DNA from: Antedon mediterranea
Lineage: Eukaryota; Animalia; Echinodermata
DNA: 64,000 nucleotides
Assembly (NCBI RefSeq): GCF_964355755.1
Contig: NC_092674.1
Coordinates: 19,902,001 to 19,966,000, forward strand
Direction: 5' to 3'
The notes below the pieces were generated by a model, which was given only the letters and a program-made list of their open reading frames with translations, made no database searches and was not told the DNA's origin. Shown piece after piece: positions 37,905-52,121 of this stretch (positions are counted from its first letter, which is position 1; each line of letters begins with the position of its first letter). A program made the translations under genes and the position numbers.

Positions 37905-40900
37905 GGTGATCTAAATCAATAAATTACTTTTGTATTATATACTATTTTATAAGAAATAAGGGAAAAACAACTGGTTAGTATCTTCAACACCAGAATTAAA
38001 ATCTGTAAATTGAGTTCCAATACTCTTTATTTAAATGTTAAATTAACTGGAACTTCAGTTAATGTGGATATATTTTCTATGCAAAGTAAGATAACTTTGA
38101 GTGAGCTGAAGTTGTATTTATTCTGTAGTCTCATCATGAGGTGTACATCCCATGTTATCTTTATTCATTCAAATTGTCCATAGCTGTTTGTACTTAATTA
38201 CAATTGTTGTATCAAAATACAGATTGGAAATGGTGTTAACCAATCATAGAAGCTATTTGCCTAAAACCTCAGGATGATAAATTCAGTAGGATGAATAATA
38301 ATAGAGCCACACCAAAGCACAAAAAAGCTGATTTGAATCAAGTAACATTTTAAAACTGTATATTAATTTATATAATTATAACCATTTTAATATGCCATTA
38401 TTTTAAGAATGATAGCCTTGATGCCATTATTTTAGACTGATGTGTATAATTATACAATTATGTCTCGATCTGTTGTCTGTAACTCTGAAAAAGCAATAAC
38501 AATTAACAAATAGTACTAACTCAATAATTAATTTGTAGATGTACTTAGTTATGCAAAAATATTAGTTTAGTGTCATATACTGTATGCCTATGAATTATTT
38601 AACATTATATTGAATCATCGGCAAAACCTTGGGTAAACCTTGTATCTTGCAACTTATATGCACTCTCATCATTACATTCAATGTTATTTGCAGCTTTTAC
38701 AAGAACAAATTGCCGTTTGTAAACAAGCACAATTCACAAAATAGAATTGTCAACACAAACTGGGAAAATATGCCACAAGCACATGGGCGTGGATTGCAAA
38801 ATGCAAGAATTTTTTCAAACTTAAAGGCATTTGAAAATATAAGAATTTTTACATATACTAATTTTAAGAAACTGGAGTTGCTTAAAACTGTACTGAATTT
38901 GCCTTCCATCTAAATAGTAGAATTGAATGTAGCCTGTTATTTTCATCTTATTGTCAATTCCATCCAGTGTTATGTATCACCTTGAAAACTCATTCCTTGA
39001 ACAACAATCTTGGCAGTTTTGTTTATAAATGAAGCAATAAATAAAAATAAATAACAAATAATAAATTACTTCAATCCATATTTTATTCTATTATGATTTT
39101 TTTTTAAATATTAATAATTTTTTGTTTGGGTGCAAGTACAAAGTTTGAGTTTATTTGATGTTTATGTGCTCTCTTAAACTTTACAGTTAATAATACTTGC
39201 CTGGAGGTGCCAGTGTTTTTGGTTTTATGGAAACTGTCTGATTTCATGTGAAGTTGATGTATTGGTTTTCCTCCCTCTGCCAGCTGTTACCTTGTAGATG
39301 ATGTGATTTGTTGCCCAGGTGTTGCTGTCTGTAATTTTACTCCAAAATATGACCTTTTTCAGCTTGCTTCTTCTTAAAGGTCACGTCATCATTGAAAGTT
39401 TCAGAGATAATATCAACCTTTAATTTTTGTTTATTTGATTAACTTTTTTGTTTTTCTTGGCTCTTGATACACACCAATCACACTTGCATCCAAGACAGTT
39501 ACCCGCTATATTAATTATAAAATTTCTTACTTGATTACATTATTTATTAAAACTTAAGTTAAAAGTTGAAAGAACATAGTTGTATGTTATGATTTTACTT
39601 TGAGTTGCAGCTATAATTGATGATGTCTCTTGATGATAAACTAACCAATCACAACTTGTCTTTGATTACATCATCATCTTATATCTACCTCATCTTCACA
39701 AAAACAATATTATTGGCATCAAAAACCCATTTAAATTAATACAGTAATTTATACTATTCACATGGTTGTTGGTTAGTTTTTTATATTTTACTTAGCTGTC
39801 TTCTTTCCTACTTAATAAATGTCCACCTTCTTGATTTGTAATTACTGGACCATGCTAGAAGGAAACTGGTTGAACTTTGACATCTTAAAGGTGACTGAAT
39901 GATTACCAAATATGGATTGAGTATTGGTAGGAGGTAGATGGAGAAGTGTGTTGATTTCGCATGTGTTGCTTAGCAAGGGTAGTGTAGTGGTCCACTGCGT
40001 CATGTTTGAAATTTGATATCATGTAGGCTAAACATCCATCTAAAGAAACTGGCATGCATTTTGAAAGCTTAGCTAATTTGGCTACAGCTCATTCTTAATG
40101 CTTGTTAGAGTGTTTTGCATCTGATAAAACTTTGAGGAGCCAGAAGTCATTACGTAGTGCATAAATATTAGATAAACGCAATAAACAATCTTCACCTTAT
40201 GTATTCTAAAGTACAACAGCAAATTTGATTTAACTTGTGATTTCATGTTTGTTTTTTTTCCATATATAATATATTGTTTAAATAATAATATACATACATT
40301 TTATATATTAATATATGATCTTAAGATGAATACTATTTTAATTGGAAATTATTACCTGATTAGCAATTCCTATGTTATAATATAAAAAAGTTGTGTAGCA
40401 CCACCACCTTTAATTAATCATATTTAATCCTAAGTCATATTTTAAATTATATTTTATTTCTTGAATGTCAAACTATTTTCAACTAAAATTTCCACTACTT
40501 TCCCAAACTACACTTTATCATTCCTTTATTCTCATTCCATTTTGATTTATTTATTTCACTCTAATTTATTTTACTTTAGTTTCAATGCTTTTTTTGGAGT
40601 TTGTCTTGTTTTATTATAACGAACAAAATAACTTTTATAATTAATCATTAAACATATGTATACATTGATCTGTTCTGTGACGAAACAACACTTAATGCTT
40701 AGTCGTAAATAAACAGTATAAATATGACAATGTTGCACACTTAACGTTACGTATACGTCTGTTTAAGCACTAAAAGATATAAACACCATTTAGTAATTAA
40801 TCATTAAAATAATGATTGCAAGTCGCAGCCAACATCGCGGCAATAAACAACGTTTCAATAAAACATGACAAGGTTTTAACTCCTAAAACCTAAAGATTAG

Positions 40901-43900
40901 AAATCCATTTTCCTTATTCATATTTATTTTAATAATTTCATATAATACTAGTGGATACAGAGACCTTTAATGGATTACTCATTTTATGTTTTCGGTGATA
41001 ATTTACAATGTTAAATGAGGGAAATTTTCACTGAAATTTAACTTAGATTTATGGCAGGACATTTTGAAATAATAATTTTGGTACATAGATAAGCCGTCTA
41101 ATTCCCAGTGCATTTATTAATATATATTCAAAACTGTAAAATCAGGAAATATAACTTCATCCAACTAATGTCAATTGCATACGAAAATAAAACTTTTTCA
41201 ACTTCTTAATTCATGAAGGGTGTTTTTGTATGTAATGTTCTTCTGATGACTTTTAAATATCAATTTCAACCTGTTAGAAAGTTCAGGTTAAACAAAATGA
41301 ATAAACAGTAAGTTTCAGCATAACAAAATGTTCAGAATAATGATAATGTGTCTGTGAACAATAGAAACCATGTAATGCAATACTAAATTTGTTTTTCTTT
41401 CTTTATTGCTTTTTTGAATGAAGTTTTCTATTTTAAAATAACACATGATATAAAGAAATATGATTATCTATACATAAGTAACATTGTCTTTACGCTTCTA
41501 AGAATCGACATTTACTGTAATTCCCAGTCTTGGCCATACTTATACACCAACATTGTCTAATCTCTGCTTAGACCTTGAGTAACTCACCTAGGGCAAGAAA
41601 CATGTGGTATTCATCACTAGACTACCACTGATTTAGAACCAACCAACATGGTGGATACTATAACATTACACAGGCCATATTTACATGATCATAATATAAA
41701 AGCATTTATAATTACATAAATGATGTGTTTATTTGTTATTGTTTTAGACCAGTCTCTAACAGTTTAGATATGTACAGTACAAGCAAAGTACTGTACTTAC
41801 TTTCTTGTACTTTGGTGTATTCAGATTTAATTTTTATAGCAACTCTTGCAGTATAGCATTTTTTTCCCTTTTTCCTCGTTGTGTTTGCCCTTATTTACAA
41901 TTTTTGTTTCATTTAGGGAATAACAAATCTTTCAGTTAGGTTTATTGCCTAATAGATTTTATTATGTTTAGCTTGAATGTTTCCTTAAATGACTCTGACT
42001 CTATTCTTTGATATTATTAATTGTAAAAACACATTTTAATTGATCCAGTACAGTCTAGTACCTAATGTAGAATGACAAGATTGTACCTCTATTCCAGCAT
42101 TGTTTTGAAATTGATTAAATTTAATAGTCTATAAAATATCTACAATTATACTTATTATGAACAAATCAAAACTGCCAAGAATTGTAGCCCAAATCAGATG
42201 AAAATAACAGGTGTTCTTCCAGTTAATTTATGTAAATTAGATTAGCTATGCATGTCTAGAATATCAATATGCAGATTAATAAGTGTGAGCCTTGATGGAA
42301 CAAATGTTTCTTAAAAATTTGATTCAAATACTGGTTTTTGTTTCTTGCTTGCAATCAAGTTTGATATTGTTTTAATTGAACATTGAGATGAAATAATTGC
42401 TGCTTTGGTTTAATAACTCTTGATTCACCATAAGAAAAAGGAGATCATCTATTTTTCGGGAATATTGTGGTAAGCTTGGATGATCTTTAGGGCGTGTTTG
42501 TGTGCGTGTGCGAACTACAATGCAATTTTACAGTTTGCATGTTGTTACCAGTTAAATGTGCCTTGTGCCTTCTTAGATCATACACTGCATTTCGCATTAT
42601 TATTTTGTTGCATTGTTTTTGTGTGGGACTTGTTTTCAACTAATTTTAAATTGGAAATTAATGAAAATCTGATGAATCTACCCTGTAAATATTTAGTATT
42701 TTTCTATGTGAATTTTAAATATTTTTTATATTGTTAATTTTATGCAAACATTTGTTTAATTTTTTTTGTTGGTCGGGTTTATTGTGGTGAAACAATGTTG
42801 TTAGATAGATAGATCTATACACAAGGGTTTTAAGAAAAAATATTTTTTTTTAAATATATAACTAAATCATGTTTACAGGTAGGCAAGATACTGTCCATAT
42901 TAGTACAGTATCATGGAAAAGTTTAGTGATACAGTGTCAGATTATGATGCCTTTATTTTTCCTGACTTTAAAATTAATTCCCCAATAAGAACGTAATTCA
43001 TATTTAATTATTCTTTATATATCATTATAGAACACTTCTTCAATCTGAATTGGAATTTTTAGCAAAACAATCTCTAACAAACACATTTATTAAAGACATT
43101 TGGTGAAGAGGTATGAAAGTTGATGTTTCGAGTGTAAATGTAGTTAAAATGTTCTATTCATGTATAAGTAATGACTTGTTGAAATAATGTTACATAAATT
43201 ATAGCTATTATTGCTTTGTAATTGGTATCAACAAATCATATTTTAAGTGTTTTTAATTGTCTATTGTAATTTATCAGCAATGTATTCATGCCTATTTTAT
43301 TTAAATTTTGACTAATTCATTTTAAATAATTTAATGCTAACAAACTTATTTATTACAAATTATGTTTATTTTAGTATTTAATCTTTATGCGGATTAGTTG
43401 CCATCAACTGTAATAAATTACTTATAATATTAAAATAATGTCGATCACTACTATTTCTGTTTCTAGTAGGACAATATATTATGCTAATTTATGCAAATAT
43501 TTATGCAGACGTTGAATTTAATTTGGACCAAACTTACCAGGAAAAAATGTATATAATAACGAATGCCAATAAATTAAATGTGAAGAAATGCTACAATTAA
43601 TTTGGTCTTCAGAACAATAAAGTTTGATACAATTTCAAGCAATACAGGTGTGACAACCCTTAATTGATTACTATTGGTGGTCAGTTCAAATATCTTCCAT
43701 TTAACAAATATGCAAATAACAGTATCAATATTGTTAATATAATTATATGTTGTGATTTTAAGCATGTGTTTGTATTCCAGTAACTTTACAGAATGCAACT
43801 TTTTTGTGTCCTAAAAACACAGTTGTAAAAATAAAAGCAAAAATAACAAACCATTACAGTAGCAGCCACTATTAAAGTTGTCCCTTTCTGTTGTAGAGTC

Positions 43901-45590
43901 AGCTTATATTGAGTACAGTACTCCTATTTAGGGGACACGTTCCAGTGAAACAAACTATGGAAAATGTTTAATACTAAATCAACCACTACTCAGGGGACAC
44001 CCTGTTAAGGGGACACTTGTTTTGGTCCAGGAAGGTTTCTCCTGAATAAGGGTTGTGCTGTATTATATATTTTGTATGAGTAGTAATTTTTTCAACCAAG
44101 TATTATGTTTTGTTGCATGCATATCCCATCTCTTACCTTGAAATTTAGTTTTGTTCAGTTTTTTTTTCAAAAATCTGTGATTATTTTAGGTTGGATTGAT
44201 TGTATTGAAATTTATGTATATATTATATATAATATTAATTTCTTTTAAAATTTTATCTTGCATATTATAACATGGAACTGATTATACTGATTGAAGGCTA
44301 TGTTTTAATTCATTTAGTTGCTAATGATAAATTTAAGTATGTTTATTTAATGTTTTTTATTATTGCAGATTAACAAAGAAAGCACTTATTTTTATATTAT
44401 TATTTACAATTTTGTAAAATTAGTAGTTTCATGGGGAGCCTACTACACTCAAATATGATGTGAAATGATTATAGTCCTATTGGTATAATTGCACCCACAC
44501 ATGTATTCAACAGTAAGCTATTACTCGCTCTACAATAAGTAGGCCTACCCAAACCTAACAAAATGTCTATAAAAATGACAACAATTTTTATTCATTAATT
44601 TGTATTTTATTTAAAATATGAACGAACACATTTTTAATAAAAGCATAGTTAATAAAGTATTATTTGCATATGTAATTAGTGTAGTTAAATACGGCTTATC
44701 ATTTGGATTCATCCATTGATTTGTTGTGTAAGAACAAATTTGATTGAAAGCAATAGACTACATCATGTATACAAAACTTTATTGTACAAAAAAAGCCTAC
44801 AGAAAGAGCTGTTTAATGGTCAGTGTCTAAACGACATGATTTCTACGGTTTTGTAAAGCCTACTATAGAAGGTAACATTTAGCAGTTTCTGTACGGTTTA
44901 TCAAAGTGAATTGCCAAATATTGTATAATTGTTAGCGTCCTGTAAAGAAGGAGCTGATATACGTATATATCCATACAGCGTATAGATGAAACAAGGTGTC
45001 AAATTTATACGACAGAATCATGAAAAGAGTTATTGATAGTGATACATTAAGGCAAATGCGTATGCTTGTTTTAGGATTATCATTAAGTACTTGTGACGCC
45101 TTGGGCCAAACACGTTTAACAAGTGTTGCTTCTAAGTAATTTTTAAGTCTCCAATAAAAATATGAATCGTACATAAAAAACAACAATTAGAAACAATAGT
45201 CAAATTCTATCATAAATCATTCTTCAAATTTGTCTCAATAAATAAAGTATTTACGATTTATGTTCCATTTATTACGGTAATAACAAATTTGTGTTGATTA
45301 TTTGGCCTTATGTAATTTATATATTTGGATAAAACTCTGTTCATTTTATTTTGTTGGATTATAACATTTAAAGTTTTCGTTTTACAGTAGTTAACCGAGA
45401 TGGTGATATAATATGGTCCTGCAGATTTTATATTACAATTATGATGTGAACACAGAATTGAAAGCAGTATATTGTTTGTATGTATTTAAGCATTTTACTT
45501 GATGCTACTTAGATGTAGATCTACCTTAACAGTTTTTTTGTGATACCCTGCTTCTAGGAAGGTTTAGGCTGTAAATAAATTGAACATTTT
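37905..45590 (+). other. Putative long YAP 3' UTR
   Basis: AT/T-rich, nearly TE-free stretch with several AATAAA (e.g. ~39036-39065, ~45238, ~45574). The true end is not determinable. Confidence 0.4.
43916..44060. mobile_element. Diverged Tc1/mariner-type MITE
   Basis: TA|cagtactcctatttaggggacac ... cctgaataagggttgtgctg|TA, with internal ggggacac repeats. Confidence 0.6.
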
Positions 45591-46491
45591 GTACTCGCTT
45601 TATTTTTGTGTTTGATTTATTTAAGCTATCTATTCGGTGAATGATAAAAGGACATATTTCAACTCGACTTTACCTCATTGAAATATAACCTTTCATCATT
45701 CACCTCATGGCATTATTTGTACCATTCCACTGATATCATAAACATTCATTATTTGTATATATTATAACACACATGATTATATTCTTGCAATGGTGATAAT
45801 TAACATGCTTGCCGAAAACATGTTGAGGATTTTTGACATGCTACATTGTTAAAATCAACTTTTGTGCACGCTGTCTTCTAATCCACATACTGCATAAAGT
45901 TAAAGCTCAGGTACAGGCATGAATTTTAAATATAATATCTGGTTAATTGTACATAAATCAAATATTAATTGTAACAAAAATAAAGACGAAAAAACATGAA
46001 TTTCCCTGAATATGGACAAATACAAAATTTCGCAAAATTCTGCCATAAAAACCAGGAAGACTTTTTTTCAGTAGTTAGGTAGTTTAACCTAATGTAATAA
46101 CATGTCTGGTGACTCCCTAGAAGGTGAAAAAAGATAGTGGATATACGGTGGATATAGCATGAAAATAAAAATCTGAAGTTGAATAAAAATACCAGAAATG
46201 TTAAATTCAAGTTATACAATATTACCTATATTTAGTCATCTGATAAAAATTTTTTACCACACCGTAAATTTGCAAAATGTGTGTACAAAAGAATAGAGAT
46301 TTTACTGTGTAATTTGAACTATCTATTTCGTGTAACCCAAATATAATCCCAAAAATTATGAAACAGAGGGGAAACTATAGATCGATAATTATTGGAATAG
46401 AATTTTTTTGCCCGGACCTGGCCTTTTTTTAATGTCCTAGCATCCCGACCTAGCATAAGTCAATGAAATACGTAAAATAAAAGTAGATAAA

Positions 46492-46647
46492 TTGAACAAA
46501 TAATGAATGTTTTGTATTCTGTAAATGGAGAGAATATTTTATTCAAAGAAAAATTGACTGCTGTATATTCAACTCGGCTCCGCCTCGTTAAAAATTCATA
46601 AGATATTCTCACCATCCAACTCGTAAACATTCATTATTTGTATAATA
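46492..46647. mobile_element. Small palindromic non-autonomous element; related partial copy at ~45630-45760
   Basis: acaaataatgaatgttt ... aaacattcattatttgt inverted arms around a central aactcggctccgcctcgtt. Confidence 0.55.
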
Positions 46648-46689
46648 TTGCATTATTTATATAAATCATATATATCATCTTTATGTTGT

Positions 46690-49150
46690 TTACCATTGTG
46701 AAATAGCTTCTGGCTAAAGTGTAGCGCAGAACTACCCTTGAACTCTCCCAATAATCACATGAGTTTCTCAATATTTTGTTTCACATCTTCCGGTGACTTA
46801 CTTGACTTGTCTTATGGCGAGTGGAATCCTCGAACCGCCATGGCCCTCCAAAGTTTCCTGTCTCTCATAGCTGTTTCCACTTCTGCTCCATCCAAGCCAG
46901 TATCCATCTTTAGAACGCCTGTATACGAAAGAGGTGGTCTGCCTGGTTTCCTTTTCCCATGTCTTGGTTTCCAGACTACTAGTTCTGACACAGGCTCTTG
47001 CTTGCTTCTGAAGCTGCAGTGGCTAGCAAATCGGTTCCTTTTCTCTCTGATTTTTTGAGAGAGATTTGGTAGATCACACCATAGAGCTCCTTGTTGGTTT
47101 TATGCTTACTTCAATGAATGTTGAAAACTGTTCGCATCATCCTTATTTAACAGCCATCTAGGCTCTTTTCAATCTTTTTGGTGACTGTCCAGGACTCACA
47201 TTCATAGAGAAAGACTGATTCTACCGTGGCTGCGAAGATGCAATACTTTAGCGATTTGGGCAGAACTGACTTCCAGATTTTCGTTAGTTTACAACATGCT
47301 CTCCAGGCGGCTGCTTTGCGGACCTTAATATCCTGCTCTGTACTTAACATCCAAGCGCCAAGATATTTGAAATCATGGACTTCATCAAGGATGGAACCAT
47401 CTTTTGTTTTGATGGAGACTGGTTGCGTTTGGTTGTAGGCCATGTATTTGGTCTTCTTGGTGTTCATTGCTAGCCCCACAGATGCTACTAATGCTTCCAC
47501 TCTGTATAGAAGGTCTTGTGACTGATGTACTGCCTCTGACAAGAGGGCGATCTCATCAGTAAAGTCTAAGTCTGTGAGTACCTTTGGGCCAACTCTTTTG
47601 CTTTGCCTCCTAACAAGTTGGAAACCAAGTTCTTCCTCTTTTCCATCTATTGCCTTCCTCATTGCATAATCAAGAGCAATAACAAAGAGATATGGAGCTA
47701 GAGTGTCTCCCTGAAGTACCCCTGCTAGAATGTTAAAAGTCTCAGTATCTCCGTCAGGTGTGACCACTTTAGCCTTAGTACCTTGATACATAATCCCAAC
47801 AGCATCAACAGTCTCTCTTGGAATTCCATACGCCTTAAGAATTAAAAGCATCTTCCCACGGCGAATAGTGTCAAATGCCTTCTTAAAGTCGATGAATGTG
47901 ATGATAGCAGGCAAGTTGTTCAATTTTACACCTTCTATTACGCGTCTTAGGGCAAGAATGTGGCTTACAGTTGTTCTCCCTTCTCTAAAGCCATTCTGGT
48001 TTGTGCGTATGATCATCAAGCTCTGGTCTGATTCTGTTGAGTATCATTTTATTAAAGATATTGGCGACAATTGAACTTAGACTGATACCTCTGTAGTTTC
48101 CAGCCTTACTGAGGTCCCCTAACTTCGGTATCGGAATGATGTTGAGGATTGACTACTGTTCAGGATTCCTTCCTTCCAGCAGAACTTGGTGGCAAAACCC
48201 AAGGATAATGTCATCAAGGTTGCATCTCTTCAAAACTTCTGGAGGAATGCCATCTTCTCCAATACTCTTCTCTTCGACAAGTGATCCTTTCGCTTTATTA
48301 TACTCCTCTTAATCAAGTGGCCCTACTTTGATGTCAAGTTCATTTAGGATTGGTGGTGTTTCTTGGTCTTCATCCTCAATTACAGGCGGGTTTCCTAACA
48401 GATTCCTGAAGTGGTTGTACCAATTCTCAACTCTCTCCTGTTGGGAAATTCCTTCAAGCTGTCATCTTGCAGATGTTCTCCTCCCTGTAATCGAATTGAT
48501 CAGTTTCCAACTTTCTCAATGTTTACGATTGACATGAGCTTCTTCCAGTTTGTAAAGTTTCTGTGTAAGGTCTTCCTCAATGACAACGTTGTAGGCTTGC
48601 TCTAGGCTTTTCTTTGCATCTCTTTATACTGAAGTCTGTTCTCCTCAGTAGTGTCTTGTTCGTTCCTCTCTGTTTCTATCTTCTCTGATATTTCTCACAT
48701 TCAAAGTTGCAAAAGTTGTTATCGATTTGCAGCTTGTAAGTCTATTCGTTCCTTTTGTTAACACCATCTTCAAGTTTGCCCCTCCTAGGTAGGTTTAAGG
48801 ACAACCCGTCATGTGATTTGTAGAAATCAGTGTCCGCTCCAGGAATTGGTAAATTAGGGACTTTAACCCTAGTGTTTCTTTGGTTTGCCATCATAGTTTT
48901 TCAGTTGCTAGTTATAACTGTGGTCGCAACTCCTACAGTCACGTTTCAGTTTAGATGTTTTAATAGCATTGTAGAGTTTTCCTTCTCATCAAGTCAGGTT
49001 TGCTGTTGGAGTTTTCCTTCTCTCTGATGATTGCTCAAATAAACTATGCATTGAGTCTTAGCATACATAGTCAGTCCGTCCCAATTGAACAAATCAATTG
49101 GTTAACAACCCTTACCGCGTGAAGGTTGACCAGGACGTTTACCCGATGTC
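46690..49150 (-). mobile_element. Decayed RTE-clade non-LTR retrotransposon
   Basis: RT ORF 47147-48019 (QNGFREGRTT, FIDFKKAFD, GVLQGDTLAPYLF, FKYLG). The catalytic motif has mutated to DFTDE. Frameshifted flanks, and duplicated GAGAAGGAAAACTC in the 5' region. Confidence 0.9.
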
Positions 49151-50099
49151 ACACAAGTCGAAAATATAACAATTTGTAATATACTATGGTTTGATATCTC
49201 AAAATGTTAAAGCACCCTCTATAGTTTGGACATGCTTTATAAAACCTCCCGATATTTCATTTTAACAAAGCTGTATACAGGTATGATTGTGTACACTACC
49301 TTTTTTTTTGTATTTAAAAATTAAATGTATTTTCACGCCGCGGCTTTAACCAGCTATATTTCAGAAAGCTGTCAACCTATAGATATTTACAATGACTCCC
49401 ATTTGACTGTCAATCTAGGCTGATATTGTAATAATTTTATAGTTTTATTCCAAGATTTATTCGTGTTTTTCCTTCTATTAATAAGCTTTGTTTATTACTT
49501 TCCAACACAAATTTTACTTATAATTTAGGAAAATACGTCTACTTTGCTTTTGAAAGAAGAAACCATTATCTTAAGTTATAGTTAATTTTTATTTGTTTGT
49601 ATTAGGGCCAAAGGCCAATATACTTTGAACCAATAAATTCCCTGAAAAGGGAAAGAAGAAGAAGAAGAATTCACCTTCATATAATCATTGAATTATGATC
49701 AAAACAGTCCATAGTAAAGTTTTTGTTGTTTGTAATAGGATACAATTTGTTCACACCTGAATGTCCCTTTATATATAGCACCTTTAGTCCTTTGGGTCTG
49801 ACTGGCCATTTATCACTTGATGACACCTTAGGCTTGATGAAATGACCCCCAAATTTTACCTTTAAAAAATAAACATATTGGATATAACCCACCTTGGTGG
49901 TATTATTTGGTTTGAGTGATTTGAATTAAATAAATTCAAAGTATAGGCTACTTTCTTTCTTTTTACTATCTAAGCAAGCAGTAGTTATAGTATCTAAGGC
50001 CGAAAGTGTTCCGACTTTGTAAACTCGACTATAATTTATAGATCCCAGCTGCTGGACCCAAAACGTCTGGGAAAAGAGAGTCTATGAGTGCTCACGGTT

Positions 50100-50227
50100 G
50101 AACGATTTTGGATTTTCGCCCTTTGATTGGTTGCCGCAAATCAATAGACTGGGAAGAATTTCTCACTTGTACCGCCGTGAAGTCATGTTGTCTCTAGTAT
50201 AGAGGGTATTCAGTTGCATGCATACAG
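50100..50227 (+). promoter_or_regulatory. Candidate LIPT2 promoter and non-coding first exon
   Basis: CpG-richer patch, ATTGG at ~50126 and a good donor CAG|gtaggt. The LIPT2 ATG sits immediately after an acceptor, which suggests an upstream exon. Confidence 0.3.
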
Positions 50228-52121
50228 GTAGGTTGAGGTCACACACAGCACATTAAAGTTCAAAATTGACCATTTTTTATGGGCATGTGATTCATAATTA
50301 AAGAACTATCTTTGATTTGTATCTTTTTAATAATTAATCATAAATATATCTGAAGAAAGAACAATGATTAATTTTAAAATGTCGAGCAGCGTTTTTTGTA
50401 AGATTACAACTACTGACAGTACCGTACACTACTATAGTTTAGTTTATGATTATATTTTTGCTCTGTACAGTAGGTCAGACTATATATTTACGTTACACAA
50501 AATGTTTGCTACTGATTGTTAAACAAAAATAATTGATAATAAATCATTATTTCTGAAGAAAGAACAATTATTTAAGGTGCATTGTCCCCGCAAAACATGA
50601 AAATGAAGATTGAATACTAGGTAACTAAGTAGGTAATTTTGTAGTTTAGATCAAGTTATTTACTTCTGTAAAAAACAAACAAAAAATTAAGAAACGTTTA
50701 ATTTTAACAAAAAAACATTTAAAAAAATGTAGGGAGACAATAATATCTCTAAAACTGTTACGTTACAAGAGGCGTTTTTATGAGACCAAAAAAAAAGTTA
50801 ATTTTCATAGAGGGCGTTATAACAATAACTATATTCATCACATTTTTCTAGAAAAATGAATCAAAGTTTAACCAGAGTCTATCTAAAAACGTCTATCCCC
50901 TAAACCATGAAAATTAATATAAAATGAGACTTTGAATAAGCCAATTTTTAGTTCATATACATCATATGCACAATACAAGACAAATTAATCTGTTAAATTT
51001 AACAGACAATTGAATTACAGTTTATCTTGTAAATTGAATAATTCATAATTTCTGCCAACTCGATTCTTTCCAAAATACGTAAACTTTGAAGTATTCATTT
51101 TCCAAAATACTGTACGCGAATTTTCCATAATACGTCAATTTAAATATGAATTAGTTTACGGATGGACTAGTAGGCCTAATTTGATAATTAGACTACAGTA
51201 TCTGTATCGACGACGTACATAGGCCTAGACCTGATAATATTATTGATGTAGGCCTCTCACAAGCCGTACGACATGACGTGATTTGGTTAGATTATACTTA
51301 TTTTATTTATGTTATACGGAAAGAATAAATGTTGGACGCACCCACCAAAAAGAACAAAAATAAAATCATAAGCTTTCAACGTGATCATTCGACTCAATCA
51401 TGACGTCAACAGGGCATATTAGCAGCATATTTATGATCCATAACCAATAATTGTATAACCATGATATGCATATAAACAGGTCAAGGGGTAAACATAGGCC
51501 TACGCACAAAAAACGTACGTGTACGTACGCACACTTGATTTTTTGTGCGCAATCCCAAGTCAACATTTCAAAATGCTCAAAATCAATTTCTATAATTCGA
51601 GTGGTTCATTAAATTCTATTATTTCAAAATTGTCCAATGTTCCCGTCATGCGCATACAGTATTTAATATTTTGGACACAGCACGTGAGTGTCTAAAGCAA
51701 AAAGTGCAGTTGAATTTTTTTCTTCATACCCTACTTTTTAAATGTCAAAAACGTGACAAGTACAAATGCACGTAACTTAAAAATTGTGCGCACTCCAAAT
51801 GAGCAATTTATTGCAAATTTTGTGTTTAGTCTCTTATAATAACTCTTCTTATTTTGAAAACACACAGTTTCACGTAGGCCTAACTTTATTTTTAAAATAT
51901 CAACATAAAATATAATTCTTGTGTAAAGTATGAAAATCAAAAATAATCAGTGACTCATTGTGTGTTTCCCGGTGTGTTTAATCACGTCTCTGTATCAATT
52001 GAAAATATTATACAGTTCAGTATATTTAACATGTGCCGGTAACTTGCATATGGCGGTTTTAGCGTTCCATAGATATGGTTTTTGGATATTCGAAGTGCTC
52101 GTGTGCCCCATGTGAACGGTG

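Noticed and set aside
47147-48019. Functional or domesticated reverse transcriptase
   Set aside because: The catalytic FADD motif has changed to FTDE, and the flanks have stops and frameshifts.
50575-51100. Second Kolobok-like element (TTAA|ggtgcattgtcccc)
   Set aside because: I found no matching right terminus, so the boundaries cannot be supported.
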